Shown: one piece after another, positions 52,566-60,540 of the stretch | How the letters are laid out: the number at the start of each line of letters is the position of its first letter | Position numbering within the stretch: position 1 is the stretch's first letter | NCBI GenBank assembly: GCA_902799715.1 | Contig: CADCBS010000004.1 | Span: forward strand, 1 to 60,540 | Reading direction: 5' to 3' | DNA from: an uncultured bacterium | GTDB taxonomy: Bacteria > Verrucomicrobiota > Kiritimatiellia > RFP12 > UBA1067 | Length of the DNA: 60,540 bases | Notes under the pieces: model-generated | The model's input: the letters and a program-made list of their open reading frames with translations, nothing else | The model's database searches: none | Told to the model about the DNA's origin: nothing | Position numbers and translations under genes: made by a program

Positions 52566-53729
52566 TTGAAGACCCGGCGCGAAAGATTCGCCGCAGCGGC
52601 GTTCATCGTCTGCACCGTCGCATTGTGCATGGCCGCAGGGCTTGTGGCGTCCGCCCTGCGCAGACGCGCCCCGTCCGCGCCCGGCGCCGCGCCGGCGCGG
52701 TTCGCATGGCCTGCGATGGGAACCGTCGCGGCCGTGGTTTTCGCCACGCCGCGCGACGGCCGGCCTCTTGACGGCCGCGAACGCGACGCCGCCCGCGAAA
52801 CCGTCCAGAACGTCTTTTCTTCGCTCGAACGCGAACTTTCCGCATGGCGCGCCGACAGCGGCCTCGCAGCCGTAAACGCTTCCGCCGGCACGGGGGAGGG
52901 GGTCGCCGTCCCCGCAGACACGGTCCGCATCTATCGCGCCGCCGCCGATCTCGCGAAAAACACTTCCGGCGCGTTCAATCCCCTTGTCGGTCCCGTCATG
53001 CGCCTTTACGGATTCAACGGCGCGGACGGTCTTTCGCTCCCTTCGCCGGCGGCGATCGCGGCTGTTCCGTTCGCATGGGACGGTTTTTCCGTCGACGCCG
53101 CCGGGCGCGTGCATCTGCGCGACAAGGGGATGAAACTCGATTTGGGTGCCATCGCAAAGGGCGGCGCCGTGGATTGCGCTTTCGACCGCGTCACCAACGC
53201 CTTTCCCGGCATCGAAGCCGTAATAGACCTTGGCGGAAACCTGCGCGCGATCGGCGAACAGGCCACCGGAAGCGGCGGCTGGGAAACCGCCATCCGCGAT
53301 CCGTTCTCCAAAGGATCGGAAGCCGCCAGATTCGTCTTGCGTCCGGGGGAGGCCGTCGCCACAAGCGGCAGCTACGAGCGTTTCCGCATCCTCGACGGCA
53401 AGCGCGTGTCGCACATCCTCGACGGCCGCACCGGCCTGCCGTGCACGGGGTTCGCCTCATGCACCGTCCTGGCCCCGACGGCCTTGCAGGCCGACGGACT
53501 TTCCACCGCGCTTTTCATTCTCGGCCCCGAGGCTGGCGGGAAGCTCTTGCGCCGCATCGCCCCGTCCGCTTTCGCCGCATGGATTCCCGACGATCCGTCC
53601 CGTAGGCGGATCGTGTGCGGCGGGCGTACCGCGGAACGCCTGTCCCGCGTGGCCGACGGCTGGCAGACGGTCATACTGCCCGGCATCGACGCGCCGCCGG
53701 ACGTCGAAAACAAGGAGAACGCGCCATGA
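52566..53729 (+). CDS. apbE: FAD:protein FMN transferase (ApbE family).
   Basis: AMGTVAAVVF and LDLGAIAKGGAVD motifs. TTG start with a GAGGGGA SD. Confidence 0.75.
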   Translation: MKTRRERFAAAAFIVCTVALCMAAGLVASALRRRAPSAPGAAPARFAWPAMGTVAAVVFATPRDGRPLDGRERDAARETVQNVFSSLERELSAWRADSGLAAVNASAGTGEGVAVPADTVRIYRAAADLAKNTSGAFNPLVGPVMRLYGFNGADGLSLPSPAAIAAVPFAWDGFSVDAAGRVHLRDKGMKLDLGAIAKGGAVDCAFDRVTNAFPGIEAVIDLGGNLRAIGEQATGSGGWETAIRDPFSKGSEAARFVLRPGEAVATSGSYERFRILDGKRVSHILDGRTGLPCTGFASCTVLAPTALQADGLSTALFILGPEAGGKLLRRIAPSAFAAWIPDDPSRRRIVCGGRTAERLSRVADGWQTVILPGIDAPPDVENKENAP

Positions 53730-54553
53730 AGCTTTCGGTGGTGGTGACAACCCGCAACGAGTCGGCGAACATCGCCGCCTGTCTGGAACCTTTCGCCGGA
53801 GCCGTCCGCGAAGGGCTTGCCGAAACCATAGTGGTGGACAACGCTTCGACAGACGACACCAAGGACATCGCCCGGAAGATGGGCGCGACCGTCCTCGACA
53901 AAGGCCCCGAGCGCAGCGCGCAGCGCAACCTCGGCTGGCGCACGGCCAGGGGCGAATGGGTTCTGGTCCTCGACGCCGACATGATCATGCCTCCCGAAAC
54001 CGTCGCGGAAATCCTTTCCGTCTCGGGCGGCGATGCCTGGTGGATTCCGGAAGTCCGAACCGGGCGCGGCCTGCGCGTGAAGGCGCGCAATTTCGAGCGC
54101 AGTTTCTACGACGGCACGTGCATCGACGCCTTGCGGCTTTTCCGCCGCGAAGTCCTGGAAAAGACCGGCGGATACGACGAGAACCTCCTGGCCGGCATAG
54201 AAGACTGGGAGCTCGACATCCGCGTCCTCGCGACAGGCGCGAAATGCGCGGTGCTGGAAAACCACCTGATCCACAACGAAAAGCGTCTCTCGTTCCGGAA
54301 GATGCTCGAGAAGAAAGCGTACTACGCCAACAGCTTCGCCGCGTACAAGGAAAAGTGGAAAGGCCACCCTGCGGTGCGCAGGCAGTTCTCCCCGCTGTAC
54401 CGCTACTTCACCGTGTTCGTGGAAAAAGGCAGATGGCGCAAGGTCGTGCGGCATCCCGTCCTGTTCGCGGTCGCAATGTCCGAGCGCGTGGCCGTAGGCG
54501 CGGTCTACGCATACAGTCTGCTGAAGGGCGCGTTTTCGCGGAAGCGGCGCTGA
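53726..54553 (+). CDS. Family 2 glycosyltransferase.
   Basis: MKLSVVVTTRNESANI... and LVLDADM motifs. ATGA overlap with apbE. Confidence 0.75.
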   Translation: MKLSVVVTTRNESANIAACLEPFAGAVREGLAETIVVDNASTDDTKDIARKMGATVLDKGPERSAQRNLGWRTARGEWVLVLDADMIMPPETVAEILSVSGGDAWWIPEVRTGRGLRVKARNFERSFYDGTCIDALRLFRREVLEKTGGYDENLLAGIEDWELDIRVLATGAKCAVLENHLIHNEKRLSFRKMLEKKAYYANSFAAYKEKWKGHPAVRRQFSPLYRYFTVFVEKGRWRKVVRHPVLFAVAMSERVAVGAVYAYSLLKGAFSRKRR

Positions 54554-54591
54554 AGCCTCCGCGCCGGAACCGCACCGCATCCACGGCAAAC

Positions 54592-54631
54592 GGAAGCGCC
54601 TGCGCCGCGATCCGCGGAGCAGGCGCTTTCC
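54592..54631. terminator. Hairpin between convergent GT2 and secA genes (GGAAGCGCCTGC ... GCAGGCGCTTTCC).
   Basis: 12-bp stem with one bulge, read directly. Confidence 0.4.
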
Positions 54632-54635
54632 GCCG

Positions 54636-57600
54636 TCAGGCTTCGTTGCGGCCGCAGCAGTTCTTGTACTTCTTGCCGCTTCCGCACGGGCACGGCTCGT
54701 TGCGCCCCACTTTCCTGCGCGCTCCCGCCATCGAAGGCGGCGGCATCGCCGGGCGCGGCATGGCCGACGGCGGCCGGCCGGTGCCTTCGGCCATCATCGA
54801 AGCGAACGTGTCGGAAATCGCCTCCGCGCGCGAGGCCGGCTTCTGCGGCGCATCTGCGGCTTCCGGCGCGGGCTCCGGCTCCATTCCGCCGCCCGAAGGG
54901 TCGGGATGTATCGCGCGCGCGCGCGCCTCGGCGGCCTCCGCCTGCGCAATCATCCGGCGGACGTTCTGCACCGTCGACGCGCGGAACTCCATGTTGGCGA
55001 CCTGCGTCTTTATCGAATTCAGCAGCCGCTCGAACATGTCGAAAGCCTCGCGCTTGTACTCGATCAGCGGATCGCGCTGTCCGTACGCGCGCAGGTTCAC
55101 GCTCTGGCGCAGGTCGTCCATCGCGCGCAGATAGTCCTGCCACTGCCTGTCTATGCACTGCAGGAACACGCCGCGCTCCATGTACGGCAGGACTTCCTGG
55201 TCTTCGCACGAGCACTTGTCTTCGTACGCCGCCTTCACGCGGCCGAATATCAGGTCGCCCGCCTCTTCCGGCTTGCCGGCCAGATCCTGGAGCTCCTCCG
55301 GCTTCACCGACACCGGGAATGTCACGCCGAGCCACGCAAGCAGGTCTTCGGGGGAGGAGTCCTTCTCGGACGCCATGTATGCGTCGCACTGGATGCGCAC
55401 GAGATCTTCGAAGACGTCCAGTATCGACTGGTGCACCGTTTCGGCGTCGCCGGTCAGTATCTTGCCGCGCAGCTCGTACACTATGCTGCGCTGCTTGTTC
55501 ATCACGTCGTCGTATTCGAGCGTGCGCTTGCGCACCGCGTAGTGCGACTGCTCCACCCGGCGCTGGGCGCGCTCCACCGACTTGTTCAGCCAGCGGTGCT
55601 CCATCACTTCGCCTTCCTTCATTCCGAGGCGCGTCATGATGCCGGCTATGCGGTCGCCGCTGAAAAGCCGCATCAGCGGATCTTCGAGCGAAACGAAGAA
55701 CTGCGAGCTTCCCGGGTCGCCCTGGCGCGAGCAGCGCCCGCGCAGCTGGCGGTCGATGCGCCGCGACTCGTGGCGTTCCGAGCCGATCACGTGCAGGCCT
55801 TGCGGCTTTTCCTCCAGCAGCTGGCGGATCGTCTTGCGGCTTCCGGGCGGGCACTGGGAAAGCCCCGTCTGCGATTTCACCACTTCCTGCGGAAGCTCCA
55901 CCACGCCGGGACCGAGCTTGATGTCGGTGCCGCGGCCGGCCATGTTCGTCGCGATCGTCACGGCGCCGGCCTGTCCGGCCATCGCCACGATTTCCGCTTC
56001 GCGGGCGTGGTTCTTCGCGTTCAGCACTTCGTGCGGTATCTTCGAGATGCGCAGCATGCGCGAAAGGATTTCGCTGGTGTTCACCGACACCGTGCCGAGA
56101 AGCACCGGCTGGCCGGCCTCGTGGCGCCTGCGGACTTCGTCGATTATCGCGCGGTACTTTTCGCGCTGCGTGCGGTATATCTGGTCGTTGCCGTCTATGC
56201 GGCGCACCGGCCTGTTGGTCGGGATCGTCAGCACGTCAAGCTTGTAGATGTCTTTGAACTCGCGCGCCTCGGTCTCCGCCGTGCCTGTCATGCCCGCGAG
56301 CTTCCTGTACAGGCGGAAGTAGTTCTGGATCGTGATGGTGGCGAGCGTCTGCGACTCTTTCTCGATCTCCACGCGCTCTTTCGCCTCCACGGCCTGGTGC
56401 AGGCCGTCGGACCAGCGGCGGCCCGGCAGGATGCGCCCCGTGAACTCGTCCACGATGTACACGTGGTTGTCTTTCACCACGTAGTCCTTGCCTTCTTCGT
56501 ACAGGCAGTATGCGCGCAGCAGCTGGTCCACCACGTGCACGCGGTCGGACCGCACCATGAAGTCGCTCTGCACCGCGCGGTGGCGCTCCTGCCGCTCGGT
56601 GTCGGAAAGCGTCTTGTCGCCGTCGATTTCGGACATTGCCGCGGCAAGGTCCGGCAGGACGAACATCTTGGGGTCCTGCGGGTTCATCCTGTCGCAGCCC
56701 TTGTCCGTCAGCGCCACTTCGCGCGTGCGCTCGTCGATGGTGAAATACAGCTCCTCGCGCAGGCTTATCGCCTCTTCCTTGCGCATTTCCGAGAGCATCT
56801 GCATCTCCACCGTCTCGTGCAGCTTGCGTATCGCGGGGTCTTCGAAAAGATGCAGCAGCTGCTTGTGCCGCGGCATTGAGTGGAACACCTGGTATATCCG
56901 GCGCTTGGCGCCTTCCTCGTCGCCTTCGGCGATCAGCTTCTTCGCCTCGGCCATGAACCCGTTGCACTGCTCGGTCTGGAGTTTCACGAGCTTGTCGACG
57001 AGCGGCCGCATGGCTATGTACTGCGCGCTGGTCGACACCGTCGCAGGCCCCGATATGATGAGCGGCGTGCGCGCCTCGTCGATCAGGATCGAGTCCACTT
57101 CGTCCACGATCGCGAACTCGTGCCCGTTCTGCACCACGTCGCCGGGGTTCACCGCCATGCCGTTGTCGCGCAGGTAGTCGAAGCCGAATTCGCTGTTTGT
57201 GCCGTACGTTATGTCGCAGGCGTACTGCGCGCGCCGCTCTTCGCTCCCCATCGTGTTCTGGATGCAGCCCACCGTCAGGCCCAGGAACTTGTACAGATGC
57301 CCCATCCATGTCGCGTCGCGCAGCGCGAGATAGTCGTTCACCGTGACAAGGTGCACGTTCTTCCCGGAAAGGGCGTTCAGGTACATCGGCAGCGTGGCAA
57401 CGAGCGTCTTGCCTTCGCCGGTCTGCATCTCGGCGATCTTCCCCTGGTGCAGCGCGATGCCGCCCACGAGCTGGCAGTCGAACGGGATCATGTCCCACGT
57501 CAGGACGTGCCCGCACACTTCTTCGGTCGTCCCCACGAGCTTGCGGCAGGCGTGCTTCACGAGCGCGTACGCCTCGGGAAGGATGCTGTCGAGCGATTCG

Positions 57601-57770
57601 CCTTTGCGGACGCGCTCCTTGAATTCCTCCGTCATGCGGGGGAAATCCCCGGCGGCGAGGTTCCTTTTCTGGTATTCCTCCTCGATGCGGTTGATCTCCG
57701 CAACAAGAGGCCGTATCTTTTTCAGTTCGCGGTCGTTCTTCGTGCCGAAAAGAAATTTCAGAATATTCAT
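54636..57770 (-). CDS. secA: Preprotein translocase ATPase SecA.
   Basis: MNILKFLFGTKNDRELKK N-terminus, DEAD-like motor motifs, C-terminal zinc motif CPCGSGKKYKNCCG. The ORF is open to 57860. Confidence 0.95.
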   Translation of the reverse strand: MNILKFLFGTKNDRELKKIRPLVAEINRIEEEYQKRNLAAGDFPRMTEEFKERVRKGESLDSILPEAYALVKHACRKLVGTTEEVCGHVLTWDMIPFDCQLVGGIALHQGKIAEMQTGEGKTLVATLPMYLNALSGKNVHLVTVNDYLALRDATWMGHLYKFLGLTVGCIQNTMGSEERRAQYACDITYGTNSEFGFDYLRDNGMAVNPGDVVQNGHEFAIVDEVDSILIDEARTPLIISGPATVSTSAQYIAMRPLVDKLVKLQTEQCNGFMAEAKKLIAEGDEEGAKRRIYQVFHSMPRHKQLLHLFEDPAIRKLHETVEMQMLSEMRKEEAISLREELYFTIDERTREVALTDKGCDRMNPQDPKMFVLPDLAAAMSEIDGDKTLSDTERQERHRAVQSDFMVRSDRVHVVDQLLRAYCLYEEGKDYVVKDNHVYIVDEFTGRILPGRRWSDGLHQAVEAKERVEIEKESQTLATITIQNYFRLYRKLAGMTGTAETEAREFKDIYKLDVLTIPTNRPVRRIDGNDQIYRTQREKYRAIIDEVRRRHEAGQPVLLGTVSVNTSEILSRMLRISKIPHEVLNAKNHAREAEIVAMAGQAGAVTIATNMAGRGTDIKLGPGVVELPQEVVKSQTGLSQCPPGSRKTIRQLLEEKPQGLHVIGSERHESRRIDRQLRGRCSRQGDPGSSQFFVSLEDPLMRLFSGDRIAGIMTRLGMKEGEVMEHRWLNKSVERAQRRVEQSHYAVRKRTLEYDDVMNKQRSIVYELRGKILTGDAETVHQSILDVFEDLVRIQCDAYMASEKDSSPEDLLAWLGVTFPVSVKPEELQDLAGKPEEAGDLIFGRVKAAYEDKCSCEDQEVLPYMERGVFLQCIDRQWQDYLRAMDDLRQSVNLRAYGQRDPLIEYKREAFDMFERLLNSIKTQVANMEFRASTVQNVRRMIAQAEAAEARARAIHPDPSGGGMEPEPAPEAADAPQKPASRAEAISDTFASMMAEGTGRPPSAMPRPAMPPPSMAGARRKVGRNEPCPCGSGKKYKNCCGRNEA

Positions 57771-57777
57771 GGGCGCG

Positions 57778-57786
57778 AGTATACCA
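57778..57786 (-). promoter_or_regulatory. Extended -10 TGgTATACT, 7 nt upstream of the secA ATG (leaderless).
   Basis: Reverse complement of agtatacca, read directly. No SD. Confidence 0.5.
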
Positions 57787-57841
57787 AAAACGCACTTCCA
57801 TGGAGAGACAAATCGCTCCGTCCGCGGGATGCGCCCCGGTG

Positions 57842-57870
57842 TTGACCCGGCCGCGCGCAATTGGTAGAAT
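57842..57870 (+). promoter_or_regulatory. Near-consensus promoter: -35 TTGACC, 17-nt spacer, extended -10 TGgTAGAAT.
   Basis: Read directly. GGGAGA SD before ATG 57900. Confidence 0.65.
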
Positions 57871-57899
57871 GCGCGCGGGATTTTCCAGGGAGAACCGCT

Positions 57900-58172
57900 A
57901 TGAAAGACTACGTATACGGAACTTCAGGCGTCTGCGCCAGAAGAATCGCCTTCTCGATCGAGGACGGGAAACTGCACAACGTCCGCTTCGAAGGCGGATG
58001 CCCCGGCAACACCGCCGCGATCGGAAAGCTCCTCGAGGGCGCCGGCGCCAGGGCGACGATGGAACTTCTGCGGGGGAACGACTGCGGCGGGCGCGGGACG
58101 TCCTGCGCGGACCAGCTTTCGCGCGGCATCGAAAAGGCTCTCGCCGCGGAACAGGGCGTCGTCGCGCCGTGA
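57900..58172 (+). CDS. TSCPD-domain protein (TIGR03905 4-Cys family).
   Basis: YVYGTSGVCARRIAFSIEDGKLHNVRFEGGCPGNTAAI..GNDCGGRGTSCADQL. Confidence 0.7.
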   Translation: MKDYVYGTSGVCARRIAFSIEDGKLHNVRFEGGCPGNTAAIGKLLEGAGARATMELLRGNDCGGRGTSCADQLSRGIEKALAAEQGVVAP

Positions 58173-58204
58173 ACAGGCGCGACGCGCGGCCCGCCCGCGC
58201 CTGT
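58173..58204. terminator. Bidirectional hairpin between convergent genes (ACAGGCGCG ... CGCGCCTGT).
   Basis: 9-bp perfect stem, read directly. Confidence 0.4.
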
Positions 58205-59256
58205 CAGAAGAACCATTTGGCCGCGGCGAGCAGCCCTTGCTTCCACGGGACGCGGTGCGACACGCCGGTCTTGCCCTTGAATTCCTCCAGGTGCTCCACG
58301 TACCAGTCGTAGTTGCGGACGAGCGCCTGCTTGTTGGAATACTTCGGCTGCCACCCGAGTTCCCGCTGCGCCTTCTCTATCGACACGAAACTTTCGGTCG
58401 AGGCCGTCTCGTACACCCACGGATACAGCGGCGAAAGATGCAGCTTTTCAAGTATCCGCAGGATGGCCACCACCGGCTTCACCGGAAGGCCGCGGATTTT
58501 CTTGCCGTGCCCGGCGCGGTCGAGCACGGCCTGGTAGTCTTCGCGCATGGTGGTGAATTCCGCCGCGCCGGTGTTGAATTCCGTGTTCACCTTGCCGGCC
58601 GGCAGCGTCAGGCACAGCCATATCGCCTCGTCAAGGTCCTCCACGTCCATCAGCTGGTAGCGGTTGTCGCCCTTGCCGATCATCGGAAAGCCGTGCCCGG
58701 TGTACGCCCAGTCGTAGAAAAGGGCGAACACCCCCAGCCGCTCCGGGCCTATGAAGCTTTTCGGCCGTATCACCGCCACCGTCTGCCCGGCGGCGCGCGC
58801 CTCGCGGCACACGGCTTCCGCCTCTATCTTGGCGTGCCCGTACGGCCCGACGCCCACAAGCTCGTCCGTTTCGTATATCGGATGCTTCTTGGGCACGCCG
58901 TACACCGCCGTCGACGAAATCTGCACCACACGCTCCACCCCGTGCTTCTTCGCCGCGGCCAGCACGTTGCGTATCCCGTCCACCTCCGTCGTGCGTATGT
59001 CTTCCTCGGAATACAGCGGCAGCGCGGCCGCCGTGTTCACCACGGCGTCGCACCCTTCTGTGCATCTGTCCACGGCCGCCGCGTCGCGCACGTCTCCGAG
59101 CGTGAACTTCAGCCATGGCTCGGACGCCTCTGGATATTCGAACGGCGCGATGTCGAGAACCCTTATCTCCGACACGCCTTTGGCGCGCAGGTTCCTGATC
59201 AGGTTGATCCCCAGAAACCCGCTTCCGCCCGTGACAAGCACCTTGCCGATCGCCAT
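58204..59256 (-). CDS. NAD-dependent epimerase/dehydratase (extended SDR).
   Basis: [23 protein letters not shown] Rossmann motif. GGGAGAG SD before ATG 59256; the track start at 59262 is a TTG. Confidence 0.8.
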   Translation of the reverse strand: MAIGKVLVTGGSGFLGINLIRNLRAKGVSEIRVLDIAPFEYPEASEPWLKFTLGDVRDAAAVDRCTEGCDAVVNTAAALPLYSEEDIRTTEVDGIRNVLAAAKKHGVERVVQISSTAVYGVPKKHPIYETDELVGVGPYGHAKIEAEAVCREARAAGQTVAVIRPKSFIGPERLGVFALFYDWAYTGHGFPMIGKGDNRYQLMDVEDLDEAIWLCLTLPAGKVNTEFNTGAAEFTTMREDYQAVLDRAGHGKKIRGLPVKPVVAILRILEKLHLSPLYPWVYETASTESFVSIEKAQRELGWQPKYSNKQALVRNYDWYVEHLEEFKGKTGVSHRVPWKQGLLAAAKWFF

Positions 59257-59384
59257 TTGCAACTCTCCCTTTTTTGCGAATCTTTCAGCCGCGGCGGCTG
59301 CCGCCGCCGCGGGTTGCGCAAGATTCTACCATTTCCCGCCCCGGCGGGCAATATCGCCTGAACCCGGCGGCATGGAGGTTTTCG

Positions 59385-60251
59385 ATGATACCTGCTATAG
59401 GACAAGTCCTGCAATGCTACCGCGCGGCGGCGCAGACCGAACGCATGAAAACCGGCCGCCCTTCCGCCGGCACCGTGGCCAACGCCCTCCGCGGCGCCGC
59501 CAGCGTCTGCCGCGCCGCGGGCATAGACATCTCCGCCCCCGTCACCGAAATCTCGCGCAGGCGCATCGACGCCGCCTTGTCCGCTTTCATGCAGCGCGGC
59601 CTCGCGCGCATCTCCGCCTGGAGCTACGTATGCCAGCTCCGCGCCGTGTTCGCGAAATGGTGCCGGCCGTACTACGAGGACGCCGGATGGGACATCCCTC
59701 CGCTCGAAATCCCTTCGTTCAGGGCCAGGGCGCCTCGGTACGCGCGCCCTTCGCCCGACACGCTCCGCCGCGTCAAGGCTTGGTACGCAAGACTCGAGGG
59801 CGAACACTGGTTCGCCGCCACTATGATGCTCGAATTCGCCATGCGCAACGGCGACGTCCTGCGTCTCGACGACTCCAATTTCGCCGAAAAGGACGGCCGC
59901 CGCTATCTCGATTACGTCCCGCACAAAACCGAACTTTCCTCCGGACGCCGCGTCTTCTGGCCGATCCACGAATCCATCTGGAACAGGTTTGTCGATTACG
60001 GCGGCCTGCCGGGCCTCGACGTCACCAGCGAAACGTTCTCTGATTTGAACCGGGATCTTCGAGCCATCGGCTTCTGCGGCAGCAAGGCCTCGTACGAGCT
60101 TCGCAAGATATGCATCGACCACGTCTACCAGAAATACGGCGCCGAAATCGCAGTCTCGCTCTCCGGCGACGACATACGAACCATCACACGCTACTACGCC
60201 GACCCCGCCCAGCCCAACATCGGCGCAGTCCGCATAATAGATTTGCTGTAG
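59385..60251 (+). CDS. Divergent tyrosine recombinase/phage-integrase-like protein.
   Basis: Candidate catalytic positions by eye: R (AMRNGDVLRL), K (PHKTEL), R (YELRK), Y (TITRYY). The conserved His positions appear substituted. GGAGG SD. Confidence 0.5.
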   Translation: MIPAIGQVLQCYRAAAQTERMKTGRPSAGTVANALRGAASVCRAAGIDISAPVTEISRRRIDAALSAFMQRGLARISAWSYVCQLRAVFAKWCRPYYEDAGWDIPPLEIPSFRARAPRYARPSPDTLRRVKAWYARLEGEHWFAATMMLEFAMRNGDVLRLDDSNFAEKDGRRYLDYVPHKTELSSGRRVFWPIHESIWNRFVDYGGLPGLDVTSETFSDLNRDLRAIGFCGSKASYELRKICIDHVYQKYGAEIAVSLSGDDIRTITRYYADPAQPNIGAVRIIDLL

Positions 60252-60421
60252 CCCAGGTCATGCATGCCACCCCCTCTCGCCCCAGGTTTTGCAAGCCGCG
60301 CTCCGTCGCGGCTCTCCGCCCGCCTCCGCGCGCCACTTCCAGCATTGATGGCCGAGCTACGCTCGGCCAATTCCAGCCCCCCATCCCCCTCGCCATGTCC
60401 TGTGCCGCCGCGTTTTCGCGG

Positions 60422-60475
60422 TGGCCTCCCGTCCCTCCAGTCCCTCCCGTCCCGCCAGTCCCTCCTGTCCCCCCC
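60422..60475. repeat. Five to six tandem 9-bp C-rich units (GTCCCTCCN).
   Basis: Read directly. Flanked by a 16-bp direct repeat CCCCCTCTCGCCCCAG at 60270-60285 and 60471-60486. Confidence 0.7.
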
Positions 60476-60540
60476 TCTCGCCCCAGTTCACATTCCACAC
60501 TCCGCCGCGGCACTTCCCCCGCCATCCCGCCCGCCCCCCC

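Noticed and set aside
60184-60525. 113-aa minus-strand ORF with a GGTGGTGGTGGTGGT (collagen-like) stretch.
   Set aside because: The Gly-Gly-Thr run is simply the 9-bp C-rich DNA repeat. There is no SD, the context is low-complexity, and the ORF overlaps the integrase-like gene's 3' end.

Overview
GC-rich (by eye about two-thirds G+C) bacterial chromosomal window. The protein repertoire suggests a PVC-group organism (Lentisphaerota/Kiritimatiellota/Verrucomicrobiota-like): giant surface proteins with autotransporter-associated beta-strand repeats, CAZyme operons and many Sec/Tat lipoproteins. The taxon is inference only.

Gene content, left to right:
- A GH97 glycosidase and a Tat-exported metallophosphoesterase.
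- A DUF4143 AAA ATPase bracketed by an unusual composite repeat family.
- An operon of two secreted paralogous-domain proteins (one thioredoxin-like), a FAD oxidoreductase and a ~860-aa adhesin-like protein. That protein's start codon is followed by an 18-nt poly-C tract and is currently out of frame.
- A translationally coupled pentose/xylan utilisation operon: FGGY kinase, Na+/sugar symporter, XylA-like isomerase, GH3, a GH106-like ~1100-aa hydrolase, and an AlkP-superfamily/LamG protein.
- A 2000-aa giant surface protein on the minus strand.
- A divergent intergenic region with a mirrored copy of the composite repeat and a 17-nt poly-G tract.
- A lipoprotein with an ABC-3 metal-type transporter operon.
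- Housekeeping genes: ftsB-like, rsmE, M16 peptidase, hisA, hisB, rnr, proA, proB, tRNA-Arg(CCU), pgsA, galM, phosphohexomutase, UPF0210/ACT pair, apbE, GT2, secA, SDR epimerase.
- A divergent tyrosine-recombinase-like gene next to C-rich repeats at the right edge.

No rRNA, CRISPR array or obvious transposase was seen.

Most notable observations:
- Two long homopolymer tracts sit at the two adhesin-like loci and are candidate phase-variation switches.
- The composite repeat has an AT-rich head, an ATTGGN microsatellite, a 17-nt tandem array present in 2/4/8 copies, and a structured REP palindrome.
- A recurring extended -10 (TGnTAnnnT) lies 6-9 nt upstream of ATG in several genes, implying leaderless mRNAs.
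- A 44-46 aa lipoprotein gene is missing from the ORF track.

Eight gene junctions use 4-nt ATGA/GTGA stop-start overlaps. Many long ORFs in the track are antisense or shadow ORFs typical of GC-rich DNA and were not called. All family assignments come from motifs read by eye; no searches were run.
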